DNA of 64,000 nt from an uncultured Planctomycetota bacterium (GTDB taxonomy: Bacteria; Planctomycetota; Planctomycetia; Isosphaerales; Isosphaeraceae): contig CAWGMQ010000004.1 in assembly GCA_963823665.1 (NCBI GenBank), forward strand, positions 1,856,001 to 1,920,000. Reading direction: 5' to 3'. The notes under the pieces are model-generated. The model was not told the origin of the DNA. It saw only the letters and a list, made by a program, of their open reading frames with translations, and ran no database searches. The translations under genes and the position numbers were made by a program. Below are positions 44,675 to 54,700 of this stretch, piece after piece; position 1 is the first letter of the stretch; the number at the start of each line of letters is the position of its first letter.

Positions 44675-45919
44675 TCATCCAGACAACTTGCTGATCAATG
44701 TAATGAGCGGCAGGAACAGTGCAATCACGATGAAGCCGATGATCCCGCCCAGGATGACGATCATGATCGGCTCGAGCAGGCTCACCAGGGATTCAACCGC
44801 CGTCTCGACCTCTTCATCGTAGTTGTCGGCAATCTTGTTCAGCATCGTGTCGAGCTCGCCCGTCTCTTCGCCGACGTCGATCATGTTCACCACGATGTCG
44901 TCGACAATCCGGGCTTCCTTGAGCGGCTGTGCAATTGTCTCGCCCTCGCGGATGCTCTCGTAAATCCGGGTGAAGGCCCGCTCGAAAACCGCGTTGCCCG
45001 CCGTGTCTCGCACGATGTTCAGCGACTCGAGAATCGGTACGCCCGACTGCACCAGCGTGCCTAAGGTGCGCATGGTACGGGCGACCGTCGATTTCTCGAC
45101 GATCGTCCCCATCACCGGCGTCATCAGCTTGATCCGGTCGCAGATATAAGCCCCCGTCTTGTTGCGATAAAGCAGCTTGACGAAGATCCAGATAAAGAGC
45201 GGCGTCAGGAACACGACGTAGAAATACTTGATCAAGAAGTGGCTGGCGTCGATCAAGATCGTCGTCATCCTCGGCAGCGGGATGTTGAAGTCTTTGAAGA
45301 TCGCCTCGAACTTGGGAATGATGTAATAAAGGATGAAGCCCACGATCACGCACGCCACCGTGATCACCACGGCCGGGTAAACCATCGCTGACTTGATCCG
45401 CCGTTTAAGCGACTGAGACTTTTCCTTGAAGTCCGCCAGACGCTGAAGAATCGCTTCAAGAGCACCGCCGGCCTCGCCGGCCTTGATCATGTTGCAATAA
45501 AGCCGGTCAAACGCCTTCGGATGCTTGGCGCACGCTTCCGAGAGCGTCGAGCCGCTCTCGATGTCCTCCACGATGTCGCCCAGCGCGTTCTTGAGCACGC
45601 CCGGCTTGCACTGGCCCTCCAGGATCTTGAGGCTCCGCAGGATCGGCAAGCCGGCATCCTGCAGCGTCGACAACTGCCGCGTGAACGTGCAGAGCTGCTT
45701 GGTGCTGATCCGGCCGATCGTGAATGATTTCTTCTTGCGCCGCCCACCCTTCTTCGCCGAGGCCCGCTGCTTGGCCTTCTTGGCCTTCTCGGCAATCTTG
45801 GTGACGAAGAATCCCTTCTGGCGAATGAGCTGCTGCGCTTCCTCCTGGGTTGCAGCGTCGATCGAGTCCTTGACCTCGCGCCCCGTGTGGTCCATCGCCT
45901 CATATTGGAAGGTCGGCAT
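44675..45919 (-). CDS. pilC: Type IV pilus / T2SS inner-membrane platform protein (PilC/GspF)
   Basis: FTRQLSTLQDAGLPI, KAGEAGGALE, IKSAMVYP, VGEETGELD, LLEP. Confidence 0.95.
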   Translation of the reverse strand: MPTFQYEAMDHTGREVKDSIDAATQEEAQQLIRQKGFFVTKIAEKAKKAKQRASAKKGGRRKKKSFTIGRISTKQLCTFTRQLSTLQDAGLPILRSLKILEGQCKPGVLKNALGDIVEDIESGSTLSEACAKHPKAFDRLYCNMIKAGEAGGALEAILQRLADFKEKSQSLKRRIKSAMVYPAVVITVACVIVGFILYYIIPKFEAIFKDFNIPLPRMTTILIDASHFLIKYFYVVFLTPLFIWIFVKLLYRNKTGAYICDRIKLMTPVMGTIVEKSTVARTMRTLGTLVQSGVPILESLNIVRDTAGNAVFERAFTRIYESIREGETIAQPLKEARIVDDIVVNMIDVGEETGELDTMLNKIADNYDEEVETAVESLVSLLEPIMIVILGGIIGFIVIALFLPLITLISKLSG

Positions 45920-45959
45920 GGTAGTGGTCCGTTGTCAGTGGTCCGTTGTCAGTTGTCTC

Positions 45960-47678
45960 TCATAAGTCGTCCAGCATCGTTTCACGTAGAATTTCTTCAA
46001 TACTGGTCAACCCGTTGTGGATCGATTGCATTCCCATTTCGCGGAGCGTTCGCATGCCAAACTTGCGGCCCGCGTTGCGGAAGTCGTCCAGCGACGCTTC
46101 GGCAACCACCATCTCCCGCAGGGTGTCGTTCATCACCAGAAGCTCGTAGATGCCCATGCGGCCCTTGTAGCCGGTGTTGTTACACCGCTCGCAGCCTTTG
46201 CCGTAAAAGAACTTCTTGCCCATCGCCGTCTCGGAATTCAGCCCCAGCTCCATGAGCACTTCCTGGGCCGGCATGAACTCCGTGCGGCAGTTGGCGCAAA
46301 TCTTCCGCACCAGCCGCTGCGCCAGCACCGCCTCGACCGTGGCCGTGATCAAGAACGTGGGCAGTCCCATGTCCCGCAGCCGCGTGATCGCCGACGGGGC
46401 GTCGTTGGTGTGCAGCGTCGTGAAGACGATGTGACCCGTCAGCGAGGCCTGAATCGAGATCTCGGCCGTCTCCAGATCACGCGTCTCACCCACCAGGATC
46501 TTGTCCGGATCTTGCCGCAGGATCGACCGCAGGCATGCGGCGAACGTCACGCCGATCTCGGCGTTGATCGGAATCTGCACCAGCCCCTCGATGTCGTACT
46601 CGACCGGCTCCTCGGTCGTGATGATCTTGTCTTCAATGCGATTCAAGTGGTTGAGCGTGGCGTAAAGCGTCGTGGTCTTGCCCGATGACGTCGGGCCCGT
46701 GACCAGCACGATGCCGTTTGGCTTCTCCACGATTTCCAGCCACGTCTTCAGTGTGTCGTCGGGCATACCCAGCTTCTTGAGGTCGAGCTGCACCACCGTG
46801 CGGTCCAGGATCCGCAGCACCACGCTCTCACCGAACATGGTTGGCAGCGTCGATACGCGGATATCCACCTCGTTGCCGCCTAACGCAAGCTGGATCCGTC
46901 CGTCCTGCGGCAGCCTCCGCTCCGCGATGTCCAGGTTCGACATGACCTTGATCCGGCTCGAAATCGCCGGGGCCAGGTGGCGCGGCGGGGGAACCAGCTC
47001 GTAGAGCACCCCGTCCACCCGGTACCGCATCTTGTACTCTTCCTCGAACGGCTCGAAATGGATGTCCGAAGCCTTGTCCTTGATCGCCAGGAGCAGCACC
47101 ATGTTGAGCAGCTTCCGCACCGGCGCAGCCTCGGCCATCTCCTCGATGGCCTCCAGATCGATCGTGTTCTCGTTCCGCCCCGCCATCGACGCCAGCCCCT
47201 TGTCCTGCTCGATCTGCTTCACGACGTCCTGAATGCTCTCGTGATGGCCCGCGTAAAGCCGCTCGATCGCCGCCATCACGTCCGACTCCGTCGCAATCGC
47301 CCCCTTCACCTCCGTGGAGAGGAACATCTTCAGGCTGTCCAGCGTCGACGGGTTCTGCGGCTCGGCCATCGCCACCGTCACGCTCTTGTCTTTCTTGTTC
47401 TGCGAGATCGGCACCACCTTGTACGCCGTGGCCATGCTCTCGTTCACCAGCTCCGTGAGCTCCGCGGGAATCGTCACATCCTGAAGCTTCACCACCTTCA
47501 TCCCGAGCTGTTCGCCCAGCGCCCGCATCACCTGGTCTTCCTTCACCAGGTTCATCTTCACCGCCACCTTGCCGATCAGCTCTGAACCCGACCGCTTCTG
47601 CTCCTCGAGCACCTTCCAGAGGCTCTCCTCGTCGAGATAGCCCATGTCGATCATGATCGTGCCGAGTTTTCGCGCCAT
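45960..47678 (-). CDS. pilB: PilB/GspE assembly ATPase with N-terminal MshEN-like domain
   Basis: ASDIHFEP, RLPQDGRI, Walker A GPTSSGKT, LRQDPDKILVGE, SLTGH, HTNDA, tetracysteine CANC...CERC. Confidence 0.95.
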   Translation of the reverse strand: MARKLGTIMIDMGYLDEESLWKVLEEQKRSGSELIGKVAVKMNLVKEDQVMRALGEQLGMKVVKLQDVTIPAELTELVNESMATAYKVVPISQNKKDKSVTVAMAEPQNPSTLDSLKMFLSTEVKGAIATESDVMAAIERLYAGHHESIQDVVKQIEQDKGLASMAGRNENTIDLEAIEEMAEAAPVRKLLNMVLLLAIKDKASDIHFEPFEEEYKMRYRVDGVLYELVPPPRHLAPAISSRIKVMSNLDIAERRLPQDGRIQLALGGNEVDIRVSTLPTMFGESVVLRILDRTVVQLDLKKLGMPDDTLKTWLEIVEKPNGIVLVTGPTSSGKTTTLYATLNHLNRIEDKIITTEEPVEYDIEGLVQIPINAEIGVTFAACLRSILRQDPDKILVGETRDLETAEISIQASLTGHIVFTTLHTNDAPSAITRLRDMGLPTFLITATVEAVLAQRLVRKICANCRTEFMPAQEVLMELGLNSETAMGKKFFYGKGCERCNNTGYKGRMGIYELLVMNDTLREMVVAEASLDDFRNAGRKFGMRTLREMGMQSIHNGLTSIEEILRETMLDDL

Positions 47679-48031
47679 GTGAATTGACCCGCAAGCACCC
47701 GATCAAGCCCCAAGGCATCCCGCCCGAGGAGCAAGACCAGATGGTGTTGATATCAAGATCGAGATTGAAATCGAAAATCGAGTCGCGTCTGATCAAACTG
47801 CTGGAAAGGCTGAGTCACTTGCGGGCGCGAACCACCCCGGGCAGACCCCTCCCGAACCGACACGAAACCGTCCTGCGAGCTGAGCACTTTTCGACGAACA
47901 TTGATGCAGACAGTACTACTGCTACGGGCCCGGAAGCCCCTCATGACGCACGGACGACCGAAAACCAGCACCGACCACCCGGGCCCCACACGCTTCGTAA
48001 CGTCCACCACAACCGTGTCATCCCGCCACCG

Positions 48032-49147
48032 TCACTCCTCGTCCTCGTCCTCGCCCTCCTCACTCTCATCAAAGATTCCTTTCTTGGCGTTCTCGACTCG
48101 CTCGCGCAGCTCGTTCACTTTTCGGGCCTTGAACAGAATCTCGTTTTCTTCCACCAGCCCCTGCCGCCACAGGTTGAACAGGCTGTCGTCCAGCAGAATC
48201 ATGCCGTGCTTCCGCCCGGTCTGGATCGACGAGTCGATACGATAAGTCTTGTTCTCCCGGATCAGGTTCGAGATGGCCGGCGTCACCACCAGCATCTCGT
48301 ACGCGGCGACCAGCCCCTTCGGCTTGCGCGGCAAAAGCGCCTGGGCCAGGATGCCAATGATCGCCACCGAAAGCTGCGTGCGAATCTGGTCCTGCTGGTC
48401 CTTCGGAAACACGTCAATTACGCGGTTTACCGTCCCTTCCGCCGAGTTCGTGTGCAAGGTCGCAAACACGATGTGACCCGTTTCGGCAGCCGTGATCGCC
48501 GCCGAGATCGTGGCCAAGTCACGCATTTCACCCACGAGAATGATGTCCGGGTCCATTCGCAAAGCACGCCGGATCGCCTCGGGAAAATCAGGAACGTCGA
48601 CACCGATCTCACGCTGATTGATAAGGGATTTATTATGCTTGTGAAAATACTCGATCGGGTCCTCAATCGTGATGATGTGCCGGTCCATCGTCGCGTTGAT
48701 CCAGTTGATCATCGAGGCCAGACTCGTCGTCTTGCCCGAGCCCGTCGGCCCCGTCACCAGGATCAATCCCCGCGGCCGCGTGATCAACTGCTCCATCACC
48801 GCCGGAAGTCCAAGCTGCTCGAAAGTCAGAAACTCGTTCGGAATCCGCCGCAGCACCAAACCCACATTGCCGCGCTGCTTGAAAATCGCAACCCGGAACC
48901 GGGCCATCTCACCGAACGCAAAGCCGAAGTCAGTCCCCCCAACCTCCTGAAGCTCTTGCTGACACCGCTCCGGCGTGATGCTCTTCATGAGCGCCACCGT
49001 ATCGGCCGGCTCGAGCACCTTCGTTGCCAGCGGACGCATGTGGCCATGAAGCCGCAACATCGGTTGCGACCCCACGGCGAGATGCAAATCGCTCGCCTTC
49101 TGGGAACATACCGTCTGCAACAATTTGTCAATGAGCAGCGTACCCAT
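48032..49147 (-). CDS. pilT: Type IV pilus retraction ATPase
   Basis: [51 protein letters not shown] (AIRNLIRE-type motif). Confidence 0.95.
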   Translation of the reverse strand: MGTLLIDKLLQTVCSQKASDLHLAVGSQPMLRLHGHMRPLATKVLEPADTVALMKSITPERCQQELQEVGGTDFGFAFGEMARFRVAIFKQRGNVGLVLRRIPNEFLTFEQLGLPAVMEQLITRPRGLILVTGPTGSGKTTSLASMINWINATMDRHIITIEDPIEYFHKHNKSLINQREIGVDVPDFPEAIRRALRMDPDIILVGEMRDLATISAAITAAETGHIVFATLHTNSAEGTVNRVIDVFPKDQQDQIRTQLSVAIIGILAQALLPRKPKGLVAAYEMLVVTPAISNLIRENKTYRIDSSIQTGRKHGMILLDDSLFNLWRQGLVEENEILFKARKVNELRERVENAKKGIFDESEEGEDEDEE

Positions 49148-49484
49148 GCCCGGAAAAGCCTCCGCCCTTGGACCGATGGACCCGTCATGCCAACCCGAGC
49201 ATAAGCCCGGGCTATTGACTTTTTCTCAGAAACCAGGTGTCCACCGATACGTGATAGCAGGCTTTTGGCTTACGATCAGGGACCTGTGCTCCCCGACTGC
49301 ATCATTATCTCGGTGGAAACCATCCACATCAAGAAATCGCACAACCTTTTCAGAAACAAGGGAGACCGCCCCAGACCCGCCAACCTGCCCGGCCTCCAAC
49401 ATCCGATCATCGCCACTCGACACGCTACCCGGCGACCAGCAGACCGCAACACTTCCGCCCCGCCCCCCCGCCGCTCGCCGCACC

Positions 49485-51226
49485 TCAAGGCTTCTTGGCG
49501 GCTGCCGGCTCTGAGGCAACCTCACGCTGAGTGATCCGCAACACTTCGTCAATCGTTGTCAATCCCCGGATCGCCTTGATCATGCCGTCCTCGAACAGCG
49601 TGTGCATCCCCTGCTTGCGAGCCATCTTACGAACATTCTGCGTCGATTCGCCCTTGAACGCCATCTCGCGAACCTGCGGCGTCATCGTCATCAATTCGTA
49701 GATGCCCATCCGCCCGCGATAACCCTTCTTGCTGCAGTTGCACACCCCTTCCCCTTCATGAAGTTCGCCTTCTTTATGACCTCCGGACGAAGCCCCAAAC
49801 CCGCCAGCAAGTGCGCCGGTGGCTCGTACCGCTGACGACATTTCGGACAAACCTTCCGAACTAACCGCTGCGCCATGATTGCAAGCACTGAACTCGCAAC
49901 CAGGAACGGCTGAATACCAATGTCCACCAAACGTGTAATGGCACTGGCCGCATCGTTCGTGTGCAATGTACTGAAAACCAAGTGTCCCGTCAGAGAGGCC
50001 TGAATCGCGGTCTCTGCCGTCTCAAGATCCCGAATTTCACCCACCAGCAGGATGTTTGGATTTTGCCGCAACATGGCACGAATAATGCGTGCAAACGTCA
50101 TCCCGATCTTCGCCTTCACCTCGCACTGGTTCACGCCCGGCAAGTAGTATTCAACAGGGTCTTCCGCCGTGATGATCTTCACGTCGGGACGGTTCAGCTC
50201 GTTGAGCGCCGCGTACAAGCGTCGTCGTCTTTCCCGAACCCGTCGGCCCCGTCACCAGCAAAATGCCATTGGGACGTTTGATCAGTTGCTTGAACCGCCC
50301 AAAGTCCTCGTCGCCAAATCCCAGGTCCTGAAGACCCACCTTGATGTTGTCACGGTCCAGAATCCGCATCACCACCGATTGTCCGTGACTGGTTGGAATG
50401 ATGCTCACCCGCATGTCGATGTCTTTGCCCGCGACGAGGATCTTGATCCGGCCGTCCTGCGGTCGCCGCTTCTCGGCAATGTCGATGAACCCCATGATCT
50501 TGATGCGGCTCACGATCGCACCCAGCAACCGCCGGGGTGCGCTGTCCCGCTCCATCAGCACGCCGTCGATCCGGTAGCGGATCCGCACCCGGTCCGCGAA
50601 CGGCTCGATGTGGATGTCGCTCGCCCGCATCGTCACGGCTTCCTGAATGATCAGGTGCACCAGCTTGATGACCGGAGCATCGCCTTCTTCTAACGTGTTG
50701 GTCGTACCCGACTTCGCTGGTCGTCGATCCATCCTCGGCAAAGTCGATCGCCGTGTCGGTGAATTCCTGAAGCATCGAGTCGACCGACTCGGTCTCCGAC
50801 GATCGCGCTGCCATAATACTTGTTGATCGCCTCGACAATCGCTTCTTTGGGCGCCAGCGCCACTTCGATCTCGCGATTGAGCACGAACCGCAGCTTGTCG
50901 ATCGTCTCGAAATCGAGCGGATCGTGCATGATCACCCGGATCGTCCCGCTCTCCTGCGAGAGCGGCATCACGATGTTCTCGCGCGCGAGCGATTCCGGAA
51001 CCAGCTCGATCACCGACGCCGGAATCTCGATCTCGCGCAGCTCGACGAACGCAAGCCCGTGCTGCTCCGCCTTCGCCTTCATGATGTCGTCAGCCCCGGC
51101 GTAGCCCAGCTTCATCAGCGACTCCTCGATCGCCGAGCTGTCCATCCGGTGCGCTTCTTTAAGCTGATCCGGCCCAATCACGCCGCGCCGTACCAGGATT
51201 TCCGTCCAATCCCGAGTCTTCGCCAT
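49485..51226 (-). CDS. pilB: Second PilB/GspE assembly ATPase; four apparent frameshifts (about 50805, 50715, 50220, 49740)
   Basis: Pieces: MAKTRDW...[77 protein letters not shown]...EVLRIT. Confidence 0.9.
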
Positions 51227-51612
51227 GGCTCTACACTCTCCCGAATTAGTCCTTGCAATCCGCCCGGTACGATCTGCCAGAACCGGCTGCGCAGCGCTCG
51301 ATCGCGGCCGGCGCACGGTCTCAGCGTTCGCTGCGATTCGATAAGGGCGAGCAAGACTGAGGGTTAACGTCGATTACGCGGCTCGATTGACCCCGTGACT
51401 TTTGACAAAGCGGCACACAGCGGCGACTGTCAACTAACTCGACCGACGTCGGGAATGAATGTAACGATGATGACACTTGAAGTTAACAGGTTTTTGAGGC
51501 CTTCGCAAGGAATGCGTTAAGAATCCTCGCGGAACTTCGAACCATTCAGCCCGCTCGTTGCCTTATTATTTTCAAGACAATCGACAAGACGACCCAGAGC
51601 AGGACGCCACAC

Positions 51613-53492
51613 GTGACGATCCGCCAAAAATTGACCACCGCGCACCTTTCTACCCTCTTTCATCTGGGCAAAATCGGCGACCTTTCCGACCGTCAGCTCC
51701 TCGAACGCTTCGCGACCGGCGAGGGCGAGCCCGCCGACCTCGCCTTCAAAGCAATCCTTGAGCGGCATGGCCCGATGGTCCTCCGGGCCTGCAAAGCGCT
51801 ACTTCGCGATCCCAACGATGCCCAGGACGCATTCCAGGCAACTTTCCTCGTGCTCCTCCGCAAGTCGCGCGACCTCTGGGTCCATGACTCACTCGGCCCC
51901 TGGCTGCATCGTGTCGCAAGGCGAACGGCCGCCCGCGCCCAGGCCATCGCTCGCCGCCGCCGCGAGTGCGAGCGAAAAGCGGCCCTTTCCCGATCGGCCC
52001 CCCACGACCGTGCCGGCCACGACACACGAAGCTCGGTGCTGCACGACGAAATCGACCGCCTCCCCGAACCCCTCCGCGTGCTGGTTGTTCTCTGCCACCT
52101 GGAGGGCCAGACCCAGGAGCTCGCCGCCAGAACTCTGTCCCTCCCCGTGGGAACCGTGAAGAGCCGGTTGCATCGTGCCCGCGACCGGCTCCGCGGCCGC
52201 CTCTCCCAGCGCGGCGTCGGCTGCCCAGGCAGTCTTTTGACTCCAGACACCCCGTCGCACCCGGCCGATTCCATCCATCCGCTTCCCTTGTGTTCATCCG
52301 CCCTGCGCGCGGCGGCTCAGGCCGGCCTGAGCCCAGACGGCCGAGACACCCTCGTCTCGGCACGCGCGGTCCACCTCTTCGAGGAGACGATCAAGACCAT
52401 GTTCCTGACCAGAATCAAAATCGGCGCCGCACTCGTGCTCCTGGCCGGATGCATCGCCTGGGGCGCCTCGAGCGTTCTGCGCAGCAAGACCCCCGCCGGC
52501 CCAGCGCCGGGCCCGCCACGGAGCGCACCCGCGCTGCCGAGGCCACTGGAACGGCGCCAGCCGGCCACCCTGGTGCCCCCGCATACGTACGTCGCTCCCG
52601 CACCATGATCGTCGAGCGGCTGGAACAAGAGCTCGAGCGCACCGAGGGCCAACTGGCCCAAGTGACCGCCAGGGCCCGTTCCGCCGAAAACGATGCCGTC
52701 GCCCTGCATCTTCGCAAAACCGTGGCCAAGCTCGGCGGCCTCCTGGACCGCATCGACCCCGTACTCGCCGACGCCGTCGATGAGTTTCCCACGATCTTCG
52801 ACTTCACAACGCCACCGGCCACGCGCAGCGCCACGGCGGATCAATCGGAAACAGCCCCCGTGGTCCCGGCTCCCCGCACGAAGAAGCCCGCCGAGCCCGC
52901 GGCCGCACAGCCCTATGACTCACACTCCCTGGCCGAGGCGGCCGAAAAAATGGAATGGGCGCGCCGTATGAGCGAGAAAGGATACGTCAGTAAGGCCGAG
53001 CGCGATCGTTACCTGAAGGAATACGAAGCACTCAAGGCACGCATCGACGCCGATGTCGCCCACGCGGCAGATCGAGTCGATTGGGCCAGGCGAATGTTCG
53101 AGAAAGGCTACGTGACCAAACGGCAATATGATTCCGAGATCCTCAAACACTACGACGCCCTCCAGGCTCGTGCCTACGGAGAGCCGAACGCGGTGAACGC
53201 CGAGCTGTTAGAACTGTATAAGCTTCTCAAGGCGAAGGTGGAAAAGTCCGCTCGAATGACACCTGGCGATCCGAATCAGTCGGTCCCCAAGACCCAACCG
53301 GCTAACCCGCCCGCAAAACCAGAACCAGACTCCGACGGCAACGTGACGCGCGATCGCGCCAAGCTGCCGCCAAAAGTCGATCCCGCCCCCGACGACGAAA
53401 TCAACGCGAACCGCGATCGCGCCAAGCTGCCGCCACAAGTCGACGGCGCTCCGGCCGAAAAGCCGGCCGATCACGCGCCGCGGCCCTTCTGA
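51613..53492 (+). CDS. Planctomycete-type ECF sigma-70 factor with TM helix and C-terminal extension; frameshift around 52500-52570
   Basis: SDRQLLERF...RHGPMVLRAC...DAQDAFQATFLVL...SLGPWLHRVA; LPEPLR...GTVKSRLHRAR; TM KIGAALVLLAGCIAWGA; extension with WARRMxEKGYV x2 and RDRAKLPP x2. Confidence 0.85.
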
Positions 53493-53493
53493 T

Positions 53494-54698
53494 TCAGCCC
53501 GCCTCCGGCGCAAACGGCTCCGTCGGCCGCCCATTGATCTTGGCCTGCTCGCGGCCCTGCAAGCCGGCGATCTCCCGCTCCACTGCGGCAACATGCTGCG
53601 TCGTGGCGAGCACGGTCATCGTGGTCTCGGTCAGATACCGGCCGTCGACAGGCAGTTTCACCACGCGATCTCGCGCCTGCTCGAACGGCCGCGGGTTGGG
53701 ATAGTTGGTGCCCGGCTCAAGCCCCGTGACATACCCGTCGCGCAATCCAGCCGTATTCTTCCAGAGCGTGAACGCCGGCAGTTGATCATTCCGGAACTCG
53801 AGCACCACGCCCTTGTCGCCCTCTCGATTCCGAAGCATGACCTTGGTCCTGCCTCCGGGCGCATGCGCTTCGTGCAGCTTGAAGTAGTAAACCTCCTCGG
53901 CAAAACCCGGTTTCGGACCGTCATAAACATCGTAGTGCGCAATCGCCGCCTGCGCCGTCGCGTCGCGCGGGGTGACCGACTCGAACGGCGCCACGAACCG
54001 CGCGCCTGCGTCCAGGAACGGAGGACCGAAGTTCCAGTGATAAAGCACTTGCATCACGACGGGTTGGTCCTTCAGGTTCTCGAACTCGTCCCGCACCACG
54101 AGCTGATTCGAGCCCGGCACGGTCGTGATCTTCGTCTTCATGCGGATCTGCGGCCCGAACACGCGCGTCTCCTCGACGTGCCCTTCGACCGTGATCGCGT
54201 GCGGCGGCTCGGCCGCGACGTGCACGGCAACGTACGAGGCGGGAATGTTGGCGATCCGCCCGTGCAGCCCGAACGTCGTGTGACTCTTGGAGCCGTCCGG
54301 CTTGACAGTCTCCACCTCGAACGGTGACCCGTTGTTCTCCAGCCCGCACCGCGCCAGCAGCTCGTCAAAGCCCTCCAGCCAGCCCGAGCCCGCCGTGTGC
54401 GCCCAGGTTCACGAACGCAGGGTTCACCGGCCCGTCGCCGATCGGTGAGTCCCAGCCCAGCCGGTTTCCCTCGTACCAGCCTTTCCACAGCCCCATGCCC
54501 CGCGTCGGCACGACGGCGAACCGCAGCGCGCCGTTGTCCACCACGATCAGGTCGACGCCTTCACGGCGGCCCCCCCTCAGGGTGTGTTTCTTGATCGAGA
54601 ACGGCTGGGTCTCCCCCAGACCCAGGGCCTGCGGGTCGATCTCCTTCGAGTCAACCCAGAGTTCGTTCGAGCGCATCGGTCAGGACGAATGTCGGCAT
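53494..54698 (-). CDS. DUF4432 / aldose 1-epimerase-like protein; frameshifts near 54675 and 54383
   Basis: LRGGRREGVDLI, PTRGMGLW, LGWDSP, WLEGFDEL, LHGRIANIPA, LYHWNFG, YVTGLEPGTNYPN. Confidence 0.85.
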
Positions 54699-54700
54699 GG

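Noticed and set aside
47750..47785. Degenerate hexamer run (ATCGAR-like) between pilT and pilB
   Set aside because: Too short and degenerate to interpret
47684..49204. Long plus-strand ORFs opposite real genes (506 aa here; also 9571-11022, 27043-28563, 32412-34157, 42164-43357, 60727-62076)
   Set aside because: Antisense shadow ORFs typical of high-GC coding DNA; no recognisable motifs
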